64,000 bases of DNA. Origin: Trichodelitschia bisporula. Lineage: Eukaryota. The position numbers were made by a program, and so were the translations under genes. This document shows, in pieces, positions 48,260-60,493 of the stretch. The stretch is from positions 736,963 through 800,962 of the forward strand of contig ML996701.1 in assembly GCA_010356995.1 (NCBI GenBank), given 5' to 3'. Position 1 is the first letter of the stretch. Every line of letters starts with the position of its first letter. Under the pieces are notes generated by a model, which saw nothing but the letters and a program-made list of their open reading frames with translations, ran no database searches and was not told the origin of the DNA.

Positions 48260-50787
48260 CTAGCCGAATTCTCGCTCGCCGCCGTCGCCAGCTGTGCTTA
48301 GCCGGGCACACAAGCTCAGGAATACGACTGTCTCCGTTGCCGCGAGGTAGTTTAGCGTGTCGAGGAGAATCTTAAGGTGGCGGGAGAAGTTATCTTCAAA
48401 CTTTTGGAGCAGATCCTCGAGTTTATCGAGCTTGGATGGATCGGGTGGGGCGACGTTGCCCGTCTTGGCCAGCTCTGGATCGGCAGAGATGATGTATCGT
48501 GAGAAAGAGGACGTGTAGTTGGCGTAGGCTGTGCATGTGGATAGGATACGTGAGTTGATCTGTGCTGTTAGCATCAAGTGAAAAAAAGGCGAAAGACGTA
48601 CGCGAAGCAGCTTGGAGTTTGTGAGCATGCACTCCTTGAGGCACGTCGCAAGGAAGTCGACGTGGTCCTGCATCAGTTCGTCCACGGTGCGTTTGACTCC
48701 GGAGCCCTCCTCCTCGTTACCGCCGGTGCTTAGCCGGCCCATAAGCCCCTGCCAGTTCGGCTCAATGACCTCTGCTGTGCAGTAATAGATGAGCTGCTGC
48801 ACAAAGATGAGCATGCGCGCGCGCAGCGTCCACGCTTTGCGCTTTGCCTGCTCGAGCCGCGGGTTCCCGCTGCGGTGTCGCCAGCCGACGACCTTGCTGT
48901 GGTCCGTCCAGGCGCCGACAAGCAGCGTCTCAAGGTGGCGCAGCGACAACAAGTAGCGAAAAAGCAACTGGTAGCGGGTGAGAGTGACACGGCTGACAAC
49001 CAGCGAGAGGGGAAAAGGGACGGCGTAGTCAAGAACGAGCGCGTCGAAGCCGATGATTTTCGTCTCCTTCTCGGCGCTCGATTGCGTGGCAGGCGTATAG
49101 GAGGAGATGGCGCCAGTCGCCGCGTCCTGGTCGAGGCCGGTGACATTGACAATTTTCATCAGCCAGTCCGTGAGACCGATCTCATTCATCGCGACCTTGA
49201 CGTCTTCTTTGTACGGATCCTCGGCGGCGACGCTCCCTGGCTGGCGGAGCACAATGTCGAGCAGCGACTGAAGCTTGCCGACGTTGACTTCGCGCGCAGG
49301 TTTCTTCAGCTCCGAAGCGCCGAGCTCGAGGAAGTAGGTGAAGAAGTCAGAGCGGTCGAGGAAGAAGTAGTGTTTAAGGGATCGGAGGCGGGCCGGGAGA
49401 GCGTGCGTCGTTAGGAGGAGCGCTAGAAGGGAGGAGTTGGCGTGCGCGTAGGCGCTATTGACGTTTTCAAGGAAGCGCGGATCGTCGAAGCTGGTCGGAA
49501 CGTCCCTGATTTCCTTGCTCACGTTGACGCCACCGCACTCACGCACGACGTTGAGGTATTTGCCCGCGAGCAGTACCTTGTCCTTGACGCCCTCGAGTTG
49601 CGGCGGCACGAGATTGTCGCGGATGGTGTAGCGCTTCTCCCAGTACTCGTCAGTATAGTCCTGATCGAGACGTTCCCGCTTGATGCTCTTCTGCTCTTTT
49701 ATCAGAAACTCGCCGTGCGGATCGCGGATGCCACCGTGATGCAGCCATTCATTGAGCATAACCATGTACGGCCGACTCGCCTCGCGGAGGAGCGTCGTTA
49801 ACAGCGTCCGCGCTGCGGGGTCACCCGACATGGACGCAAGGCGCCTAGTGATGAGGCCAAGCACGCTGCCGCCTTTGCACATTTTCTTGCTGGCGCCCGG
49901 AGCGGTGCCCTTCAGTGACTCCAGTATGTTCTCAAGGTCGTCCGTGTCGTCGTCGGAGGGCGCGTCCTCTTCGTCGTCGAGGATCCCGTTGGCCCGCAGC
50001 AGCTCGATGGCTAGATTGTATAGTTGAGAAAGCATGTGGCTTGTCGGCTTGGTGTGGAGGTTCAAGACGTGCAGTGTGAAAGCCGAGTTTGTGAGCATCT
50101 GGTGCTCGAGCTGCGCCATGAGGACAAGGTAGTCTTTGAGCAGCTTGCGGACAGCAGCACACAGCGCATGGTTGACGGCGCCATACATCTCGCGACTTTG
50201 AACCTCAATGAAAGCCTCAACAGCAACGTAGTGCGATGCCATCCGCAGCATTGTGGTGGTGAGGTCCCGCAGGCTGGGATCGAGCCCGGGAAGCAGGCGG
50301 AAGGAGGGTCCGAGGAGCCGGTCCTTTTCCTCCAGTGGGTTATAGGTTCCGACGTAGCGGATGAACTGTCCCTCAAAGCCCATGAAGACGTACAGCAGGT
50401 CCTCGATAATGACCTTCTCCTGCTCCTCGAGGCTGAGCTCCTCCAGCGGGCGCGGCTGCAGCGACTGCGGGGCTAGGGACGCGAGCGGCGGGACGGAGAC
50501 GCGAGATGCGAGAGGTGCCGTGGTGTGAGCAATGAGCGACGCCTGGGGACTCCATGCTGGAAGGTTAGCGGTGCCAATATTCAGGAGGAGTACACACGTT
50601 GGACCTCCTCCTCCGGGCTCTTTGGCGGGGGAGTATCGGCATTGCGGCGGCGCCTGTCTGTTTTCACAGGGCTGGTGGTGCGTACGGCGATTGTCTCACG
50701 GGTGAGAAGCTGACGCCTTTCCGTACGGCGCTCGGTGGCCTGCACGCGAGCCTGAGAGGCCGAGGACTTGCGGTCGACGGAAGACAT
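48260..50787 (-). CDS. Gamma-tubulin complex component GCP2 (Spc97/Alp4)
   Basis: QEKVIIEDLLYVFMGFEGQFIRY, YGAVNHALCAAVRKLL, DYTDEYWEKRYTI, KVLLAGKYLNVVRECG, LRSLKHYFFLD, CLKECMLTN. Introns about 50556-50598 and 48561-48600. Confidence 0.93.
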
Positions 50788-51024
50788 TGGTGATGTATGG
50801 CGGAGAGAAGACGCGGTTGTGGCGCGAATTTGGCTGGTTGCGATGCGCGTTCACGTGTGGGGTCGCTTGGCAAGTTTGCTGGGCCTGCGTGCTTGCCCTG
50901 GCGCCTGGAGCTGTTGTCTCGAGCTCCACCACAGCTTGCGGGGCCGACTACATATCGACTACTACGTACAGCCTCACCCAAACTCTCTCATAATCTCCCG
51001 TAAATTTCGTTTCACACCACCACG

Positions 51025-51938
51025 ATGTTCATTGCACGCTCAGAATACGGTATGTTGTTCCACTTTTGCAGCCTTCGCTAACGTTGCAGACCGGGGAATC
51101 AAGTAAGGCTACTCGCTACTAGACCGCCGTCCTGTACTGACCGACCACCAGTACCTTTTCCCCTGAGGGTCGTTTGTTCCAGGTGGAGTACTCGTTGGAG
51201 GCCATCAAGCTTGGCTCTACTGCTATCGGGGTACGTACCTCCGTCCCACAACACCCCACCACGCTGACCGCCAGGTTTCCACGGCCGAAGGCGTCATCTT
51301 GGGCGTCGAGAAGCGTGTGACGAGCACACTGCTCGAGACCTCATCTGTTGAGAAGATCGTCGAAATTGACCGGCACATCGGATGCGCTATGAGTGGGCTG
51401 CAGGCCGATGCGCGCAGCATGATCGAGCATGCCCGCGTCGAGAGCCAGAACCACGCCTTCCACTACAACGAGCCGCTGCGCGTTGAGAGCTGCACGCAGG
51501 CCATCTGCGACCTGGCGCTGCGGTTCGGTGAGGGTGCTGAGGGCGAGGAGAGCATCATGAGCCGGCCCTTCGGTGTGGCCCTGCTCATCGCGGGCTACGA
51601 CGAGGACGGCCCTAGCCTGTAGGTGTCTTATCTCGGATATGAAATCAAGCTAACGCCGCAGGTACCACGCCGAGCCATCCGGCACCTTCTACCGCTACGA
51701 CGCAAAGGCCATCGGGTCGGGGTCCGAGGGAGCACAGGCGGAGCTGCAGAACCTGTTCCACAAGTCACTCACGCTCGAGGAGGCGGAGCTGCTGGTGCTC
51801 AAGACGCTCAAGCAGGTCATGGAGGAGAAGCTGGACTCGAAGAACGTGCAGCTGGCGAGTGTCACCAAGGACAAGGGCTTCAGGATATACTCAGACGCGG
51901 AGATGGAGGAGGTTGTGAGCAAGCTGCCCAAGAACTAG
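51025..51938 (+). CDS. PUP2: 20S proteasome subunit alpha-5
   Basis: [64 protein letters not shown]. Four introns of 40-49 nt and a 13-nt exon at 51090-51102. Confidence 0.96.
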
Positions 51939-51954
51939 TCTAGATTTCTATGTA

Positions 51955-52403
51955 CTAAAACGGATTGTCCTCGGGCGCGATTTCCACCTTGAAGTAGTCG
52001 CCAAGAATAGGCACCTTTTCCATGATGTCCATGCGCACCCGTGGCACCTCAGCAAAGAAGAACAGCGCGAAGATACCGGCAGAAGCACCCATAGCGCCGG
52101 CGATGTAGCCCCTGTCTGGTCAGTGGGAGGACGTAATGGAGGATGAGGAGCGTACATTCGCGTAGCGCGGGAAAGCGTAATGCCGTGGAATTGAGGCTCA
52201 ATCTTGTACCTGGGGGTGTTAGCCGCCGCGTTGTATCGGCCGGTGGACGTACTTGGGGCCGTAGGGCGACTTGTAGGTCCGGTAGTTGGACCGCACCGAC
52301 CAGGGCTGGATCCCGTGGTGGCCAGAGACCTTAGCTTGCGGCAGCTGGAGAGTATTAGCGCGACAGAGAGGCGCAATGGCTGGTAAGGGCATACCTGGGA
52401 CAT
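51955..52403 (-). CDS. QCR10: Cytochrome bc1 complex subunit 10
   Basis: Spliced product ...YKSPYGPK|YKIEPQFHGITLSRATR|GYIAGAMGASAGIFALFFFAEVPRVRMDIMEKVPILGDYFKVEIAPEDNPF*; the terminal PEDNPF is typical. Confidence 0.85.
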
Positions 52404-52807
52404 GTTTGCGTTGTGTGATGTGCAATTCTGGTGGTTTGCGACTTCGAGATTGAGCAGAGCCAATGCCGGGGATCGGGAGGGATCGGACAAACGATTTGGC
52501 GTGTCACGGGGTTTCCAACGTCATTTTGCCGGTTGACTTTGCGCGACGACTTCAACTTCACATCTCAACTGGAAAACTTTCATCCCCGCGACTAAACAGA
52601 TTAAAGAGTTCCCCGATCTTGGGTATGGCTCCCGACAGATCATGTCAAATAGACCACCGACGGAGTACCATTCAACATTTTTCTCAGCGGAGCTGCCAGA
52701 ACTCAGACGCATGGATTATTTCCAGAAGTTTTGACATATATGTCGATGGGCATTCACGGTGCGTATCACCTTGTCACAGGTGAACTTCTGGACTTTATGA
52801 CATCCAT

Positions 52808-53056
52808 CCGATGCATGTTTCGTTGAAAGTGCCAATTCCAGTGGGCTTGTGGGAATTCTCAGGGGCTGTTATGGCTTCGGCAGCGGAGAGCTCGTTTACC
52901 ACATGCCCAATGCTTCAACTCTGAAGGTAAAACTCCTTAAATCAACTAAGCTGGACGAGATGCCATCTAGGAGCTCACCGCTGCCGAAGCCATGACTGTC
53001 CTTGAAAATCTCTACAAGCCCATTGGAATTGGCACTTTCAACGAAACATGCATTGG
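52808..53056 (+). ncRNA. Long inverted repeat / putative hairpin RNA (86-bp arms, 77-nt loop)
   Basis: 52808-52893 is the reverse complement of 52971-53056 at 75/86 positions with no indels. The inverted repeat is certain; RNA function is inferred. Confidence 0.5.
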
Positions 53057-53183
53057 TTGATGGTGAGGTGAAAGGCTCATGAGCCGATGAATTGTAGGCA
53101 ATTCACAGTTTATAACCTCGTGCACGGAACTTAGACCATCGTGACCCTCTTGATGTCGTATGGAATTTTATTCATGATAGACG

Positions 53184-55104
53184 TCAAACTTCATCTCGAA
53201 ACCGCCACTCCCCTCCAGGCCGCATAGCCTCAGCATGTCTCAATCCCACCGCCACCCTCTCTCTCCTCTCCCCCTCCCTCCGATCCTCCTCAAGCTCTTG
53301 CGTGTTAGGCATCGCCACGCGCCAGTATCCAGGCGGACTCTGCGCACGCACCATGCCCGTCGCCCCACCATGCGCACGATGTTTGCCAAACTGCTGCGCA
53401 AAGTACCACTCACGCGCGCGGCGCATACTATCCCTGCGCTGCTCAGGCTTCATGTCTTCCGTCCACGCATCTCCCATGAACGCACGGAGCAACCGTTCCT
53501 CGTCGCTGAGCGCGCGGGTCTCCGGCGACGCGAGCATTGTGGCCGGAAAGTGGACTTCCATGTCTGTTGCTGCGAGGTTGCGGATAGTGTCGCTGCAGCG
53601 CGGGCAGGAGGCATCGGTGCAGCCCGTTAAATGTGTAGTGCGCGTATTCCCTGCACCCGTGTTATATACGAAATCTTCGAGACGGAGGGAGGTAGCGGGG
53701 AGGGTGCGCAATGGGGCCTTTGGAGTCTCTGGACGGGTGGAGCCCCGACGAGAGGCAGGTGGAGAGAGGCGACGCTTTAGAAGGAGGCTCCGCCTTGGAG
53801 ATGGATTCCGCTCGGGGGCTTGCTTTGGAAGAGTATGCGGTTGCGGGTGGGGAGACGACAAGCCGGACTCGGGGGGATCTTTGATGGCTTTAGGAAAGCG
53901 TTCAGAGAAGGGAATCTTCGGGGGAGGCGGCGTTTCGAGAAGGTCCTTGAGGCGCGCATCTGATTCTTTCACAAGACGGGCTCGCTCTTCGGCGGAAAAG
54001 ATGCGCTTCCCGCTGGATGCAGAGGTCGGGCGATTGCGAGGAAGTAGGCGTGTGTTGTTGCTGATGGGCTTCAGCGGCTTGGGTGCCTCAATGGGAGTGT
54101 CGTCGCGCTTGGTGCTGACGACGGAAGAGGGAGATAACGAAGCCACCGAACCTACGCCGTCGCTGCGGCGCTTCTTGCGAGGCGTTGCAATCGGTGTGCC
54201 CAGCTCGTCTAGGTCTAAGGTAACAGTGCGAGTAAGGGGGCGCTTAAGGACGTTGTCGACTTGGCTGTCTGGTTCCAGTTTGACCTTCGGGGCCTGTCGA
54301 CGCGGAGGGCGTCGGATGACGCGCGCTGAAACAAAGGTCGGCTCGTCGTCCGAGGAGGGCAGCTTCACTTGCTTCTCTCCAACGCTGGCCTGGTCGCTGT
54401 CAGTAGACTCGTCGTCCATAGCGTCGTCCGGCAAATGAGTTGCAGTTTGGGACGAAGCACGCGAGGTGGGTGGCATGTCGGACCCATCAGAGGGGATTGA
54501 AATGGCCAGGCCAGCGGTGGGTATCCGGTCCACAATTCCAGGCTTCTTCACGGGAGTATCTTTCGTCAGGTCAACAGTTGGTGCCTCCATTTCCAACACA
54601 GTGCCCACAGCATCGATGGGCATCCCCGACCCGACAGCAAAGCCATTGCGCTTAGCCCACTTCTCCCACCGTTGAAGCGCGTCTTTAAGCTTTCGGGCCT
54701 CCTCCGTAATCCGGTCCCGTGCCTCTCTCTCCACCTTGAGATTACTCCTGACGCGGAGGTACTTGGCGTTGAGCTCGTCGTACTCGGCCGCGGTTTTCGT
54801 AGGCGGTCTATCCGCACTGTCCGTCCGCGACGGGCTACTGGCGTCGGTCACGCCTCTCTCCGGACCTCCCACTCTCGTGAGTCGCAGCTTCAAGCCCTCC
54901 AGCAGCATGATCTTCTCCTGCAAGGCAGCAGTCTCGGTATTAACCTCTAGTCACGGTCAGCACGCCACAGCCTCGCAGATCACAATCAACACTGCCCATA
55001 CTCTCCAAAGTAGATGCTTTCGTTTCCTCAACCACCGTCTCCAGACTCAGCCGAATAGCCTCAAGCTCCGCGGCATTATTTTGGGTCCCCGGCGCGGGCC
55101 CCAT
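53184..55104 (-). CDS. SAE2: Sae2/Ctp1/CtIP DNA end-resection factor
   Basis: N-terminal coiled coil; C-terminal CTDASCPRC, FGKHR (RHR-like) and SPPGYWRVAMPNTQE motifs. Intron about 54947-55000. Confidence 0.85.
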
Positions 55105-55716
55105 ACCGCCGTAGGCGCGCGCCTGTGTCACGCAAGACAGTGTCAGATGAAGGGCGGGAAGGGTGTTTGCCTGTGACGCAGTAAACTATGAATGAATTGA
55201 CGGAATGAATGAATAAGGTGTACGGGAGAGCGTAGTGGGTGATGACGATAATACGACAGCTTGCAGGTGCAGAATGAGCGGACCGGGTACAAAGGAGAGG
55301 GCGTGCCTGAGTGTGGGTCGGTCACTGGTATTTGCTTCCCGACGTGTTGTGTGACGCGACGCGGCGCACCCATGGCGCTTGCCAAGGTTGGGGCTGGCGG
55401 CCCGCTCCGACTGACGAGAGCAGTGGCTGGGACGGGAAGAACGGCTTCTCCCGCCCGGACAACATCGACGGAAGCGGGAAAACATTCAGTTGTAGATTTC
55501 CAGTTGAAGAGTTGCACTTGTAGCCAGCGCACAAGGTGATGAAGACGGGACACAAAAATAGAGAGGATCATTCATATGATTATACTGAGTGCCACGCCCT
55601 GCTCCTCGCCAACGCCTCAAGGAAACAGATCCCAAAGTCATGCCAATCCCCTAACTCTAACATGCGGGGCCAAAGGGCTGCGCAAGACTACATTAACAGT
55701 GAAAAGATCCAGAAGC

Positions 55717-57719
55717 TTACTTGCGGCGTCTCTCCTCCCCGCCCGTGGCAACACCGCTAGCCTTCGCTTCACCTTCCTTGATTGCCTCCACAGCGGCAAC
55801 CTTCCCTTCTGCACTTGCGGCATTCGGGCTCGCCGCCAGCGGCTTAGCAGCCACCTTCGCGTCCTCCCCCTCCTCATCACCGCCCTGTCCAAACTCGTTG
55901 ACGCGAGTATAGTCCACCTTGTACTTGTAGTTCTGGTAGAGGTACACGAAGAAGATGACGTCGTCGCGCAGCGTCGCGAGACGATGCAGCATGGGCATCT
56001 TGATGGTAAAGGCAAAGAGGTCATCGATGAACGTGTTCAAGAACTTGTACATCATGGCACGGCCGGGCATGTGCGCCACGCTCTTCAGGCGGTAGTTGAT
56101 GTACAGCGACGGCACCATCATGAGGAAGCCGTACGCGTACACCGACCCGACGAGCGTCGCGATGACAAACGAGTACCATGACTTGTGGGTCTGGTACTTG
56201 AGCGAGTACCCAGCGTATGCCAGGAGCAGCGGCACCGCCACCATATACAGGTACTTGAAGGCGATCTGGTCGTACTCCTCTGTCTTCTTCTCGGTCTCCG
56301 ACAGCTTGTGCTTGTCCTCAAACGTGATGTTGTAGGGGAGCCACGAGCCAGGTGCCGTCGGACGTACACGCACATTGACCGTCTTGGTGATCTTCCACGC
56401 CTCAATGGCAATGCCCATACCCTGGCCGAAAAGGATCATCCACGACGTGTTCTCGTTGTTGTCGAACAGGTATAGGAAAATGATCAGCTGCATGACAACA
56501 TTCGCCAAGATTGTGCGCAGCGACGTGCCCACATTGTCCTTCTTCTTGCGCCAGTGCGAAACATCGCTCTTAAATGCGAGCATCTCAAAGATCATGTGCA
56601 GGATGCTGACGAAGAACGTGGTGCCGAGCAGATAGGGGTTACTGTCAAGCAAAATGCGCTTGAAATCTTCAAACTCGGACCCGTCACCGCCGGGGACCGA
56701 CTGGCCCTCGGCGACCTTCTGCGCGTTGGCCTTCATGCCCTCGTCAATGCTAGCCATAATGCCGAACTTCCAGTTGGCGAAGTTGTTGAGCGTGATGTGA
56801 ATTGGCAGCTCCTTGACCGTCTCGTTGAGCTCCGTCATATGGTTGCGCAGCTGCCAGAAGGTGTTGACGTAGAGAATCGGGTAATACCAGCCGTTCTTGC
56901 CCGTCGCATCGCGCGAGCCACTACCCTCGAGCTGCACGAACTGGCGCACCGCGGGGTGCATGCTCGGATAGTTTTGGACACCGGAATCGGGGATGAAGGA
57001 CAGCGTGAAGTTGGGATGGTAGTACGACGCCATGGTGGGTCCGGCGATCGCCTCCTCCTTGACATCTTCCGAGTCATCTGCAAGCAAGTTCCGCGTCTTG
57101 GCCACTTTCTTCTTGAGGCGCTGCTGCGTGAGTGGACGAGTAAAGTGGTATGCCTTGGAGCCATCGTAGTTGGAAGCCGTGGGATCAAGGGGACTGCCGG
57201 ATTGTGCAACAAGGAAGTGTGCCCACAGAGTGCCCTTGTTCTGCACCTCGCGAGATATGGGGAAGGTCTTGTCTGCCTCGCGCTTGTCCTTGTAGTCGCC
57301 AAAAACGAAGCCGTCTTCCTTGAGCACCAGCGACTCAGCGGGTAGGGCACGTAGCGACGGAATGACCAGGGATGGCGACACATATACACGCACGTCCAGC
57401 GGTGTGCCCGCCGGCCACATGGGGGCAATTGTCTGCGGGATGGCGCTGTATGCGACTTCGGCGCCAGAGGCGTCGGGACGGTCGGTAAAAGCGGGAACGG
57501 AGCCGCTGGCGCCGGTAGAGTCTGCAGCATTCTGTGGCATGAACTGCTTCATCGCAAATTGGATGAGGATGAAGATGCCGACGCTCTGAACGAGGGAGCG
57601 AATGACCTGTTCCGTGTAAGCGATGGGATAGTTTGAGCAGCAGGTGCACGACTCACGCCACTGGCACCGCCTCCTTGCGTCTCCTGCGCATTGCGCTGCT
57701 GTGGACGCGCTTCGGGCAT
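55717..57719 (-). CDS. CLPTM1-family membrane protein (putative ER lipid scramblase)
   Basis: NPYLLGTTFFVSILHMIFEMLAFKSDVSHW, IEAWKITK, YINYRLKSVAHMP, YKFLNTFIDDLFAF, YKVDYTRVNEFG. Intron about 57607-57656. Confidence 0.93.
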
Positions 57720-58267
57720 GGTGGACGAATAGCGGTAATTTACCGCGTGGAGATGGAGATGATGGGGATGTAAGGATGGTGTTTAAGAAGACGTTGAGAT
57801 CTCCTTGACCAAGCGACGTTTCCCGCGTTTCGGCCAGAAGCACGCAAGCGGCGCGCAACCCTGTCACGGCCAATGCGCCACAAGAAGGCGAGCACGGCCT
57901 CGCTTGATGATTGTCGATTAGACAGATCGATTGCTTGACTTCTGGCACCTTGTCACATCCCGCCGGATCTACCGGTACATGCGGAGTGGCTCTACTTGGA
58001 GCAATTATCCCAGATGGGCGGAACAAAAGAATGTCATGAAACGAGATAAACGCTTCATACGCCCTAAACGCTGTCAATCCCGCCGTGTCCGCCACTGACA
58101 CAACCAGTTTGTCTTCCCAGTTCCCCACCCCCTCCGGCCCGCAGCTGTGCGTCACGCACATTGTGACACTCAAAATGGTTACGGTATGCCGGGCCTTGAT
58201 CCATATGCCTCCCCCCTCCGTGTGACACGTAGACCCACCTGCTGTTTATAACCCGACATCCTCAGCC

Positions 58268-59059
58268 ATGGCAGATCGTTCACAAGCTGCTGATTTACGT
58301 TCCCTTGCTCTCGATTCCAACATGACGCTCCCTGAGTCTGCTTCCGACGGCAATCAGCCGGTTGTTTGTGTTTTGTAAGTTTCTTGGGCAGCTTGAGCTC
58401 CCAATGGCCGTCCGCACTGCTAACAACATAGCTGCGGCTCTAAACCCGGCGCGGGCCCGAAGCATCTGGCGGCGGCGCGCAACCTCGCCCAGACCTTCCA
58501 CGAACATGGCATCAAGCTCGTCTACGGCGGCGGCACCGTTGGCATAATGGGCGAACTGGCTCGCACGCTGGTTAGCCTATCCGGGCCGGACGCCGTCCAC
58601 GGCATCATCCCCGCGCCGCTGGTAGCCTACGAACAAGGTACCGATGCCAACAACCCGGCGGTAGGCAACGTCATCGATGAGGCGGTCTACGGGCGCACGA
58701 CGGTCGTGAAGGATATGCACACGCGCAAGCAGATGATGGCCCAGGAGGTCATTGCCGGCGGCAGTGGCAGTGGCTTCGTCGCCATGAGTGGAGGTTACGG
58801 CACCCTGGAGGAGATCATGGAGATCACGACGTGGAATCAGTTGGGCATCCACGACCGCGGTGTCATCATGTTCAACGTCGACGGGTACTGGGACGGTATC
58901 ATGCAGTGGATCCGGACTGCCGTCTCTAGCGAATTCATCACGCCTGTGAACGGGGGGATCGTCGTCGAGGCGCGCAACACCGATGATGTTGTGACGGCGC
59001 TTCGAGATTACAAGAACTCGGAGGGGCGGCTGAACCTGCAATGGACTGCAGAAGGATAG
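58268..59059 (+). CDS. LOG-family nucleotide phosphoribohydrolase (lysine-decarboxylase-like)
   Basis: VCVF|CGS, LVYGGGTVGIMG, DMHTRKQMM, SGGYGTLEE, TWNQLGIH. Intron about 58375-58431. Confidence 0.92.
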
Positions 59060-60493
59060 AGTCTGGACAGTGTCTCAGGTGAACTTGCTGCATTTTTTGC
59101 ATGCGGGAGCCGGCGGATAGAGAAATGGAAATGGAAACGGGAATGGCATGAATGATGCTAGATGAATAGGCTGGCGTTAAGAAATTCAGATGCATGCGTG
59201 ATTGCACCAATTGGTAGAAATGTCGTTGTCAGTGAAATGGTATCAAACTGTGAACTTTAAGCTCTGGGCATTCATCTTATCCTTGGTCTACCATATACTC
59301 ACTACCAACGACTTCGAAACAGGCTCTCACTGGGGAAGCCTGTGCCTTCGTGACAGATATTTCGCCTTGAAGAAGATTCACGGTCAAAATGAAGGTGACA
59401 AAATTATTAGCGGGATCCGCTCGGTGAGCTATCGCAGTTCAGTGACGATGGGCTGGTGACGGTCGAGTCCCGTCATAGGTCCGACTCTGTCGATAAATAC
59501 CACAAAGCGGTCCACTGTAACCCATTTTGACATCCTCATCACCACTCTAACACGGAGACTCTCGTCCCAGTCGTCATCCACGAGGGGAGCCTTGTCGTCT
59601 TGTACCAGTTCGCGCGAGGGTAGGCAATACCTGCGCTTTGTGACGATGCTCGACACCTGGATCAGTCTGGACCAGCTCCTGATATCTTCGCTGAAATGGA
59701 GCCTGGTGTGTGTCCCAATTGGTGCAGCACTCGCCGCTGTTGGAGTATCTGGTCAAAGTGTGTGCTGCCCTAACCTATAGAAGTCGGATACGACAAATAG
59801 AGCGGAGGCTAAAACAGCAAGTTTGCTCAGAGATGCCATCTCGATGGTAGTGCTCTGCGTCTTACCGTGCATGAGGCGAGGCAACTAGCAGCACAACGTC
59901 GACATCCCTGAAGGCTCGAGCCAACGCGTCCACGGCATCTTCCACGTGCGGATGCCATCCGATGAGGGACACGGCTAAAGTCTCAATCGGCTGACTTTCG
60001 TACTTAGCTATATATTCTTCTCATATTCGCCAGCTACACCGATTGTTGTCGTACATACAATTGGTCGTATATATATATATGTTGTGGTGGTATACATATC
60101 GGGGCGCGGCATGCCCTGTTGTCGGGTGAGGCGCGGGGACGGGAGGTGGAAAGTCGAGGTTGCTTGGCACTCACCAACTCAGCCAGCCTGGGCAACGACT
60201 TCAAGTCACCAGCTCGCGATCCTTTCACCTGCCCACCCCGCCCTTTCACCTAAACCACAAGATAAATATCGATTTCGCGCCGCCAAGAATTCTATCTGCA
60301 TCATACAACCTTTCTGGAAAGCCCAATTCTCGTTGCAAAAGCTTCGCGTCGACCTTCCATTCCGGCCCCAGCCACCCCCGACACCGACACGCGTGCAAAT
60401 TAAATCGCCGCCGGCACCTACCCACCGCGCACCCCCAAAACATCCATCCCGCGGCCAAAACTTTCCACTCCTTCAGCCTCGCGTTTGCCCGCC

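Noticed and set aside
57720..58173. N-terminal 150+ aa of the 818-aa CLPTM1 ORF (and similar upstream extensions of the SLC1, MFS and AAA ORFs)
   Set aside because: Artefacts of alternative-start ORF calling through UTR or intron sequence; better ATGs exist downstream.
59400..59850. Signal-peptide-like MASLSKLAVLASALFVV on the minus strand
   Set aside because: Stops after 28 codons with no convincing splice rescue; at most a relic.
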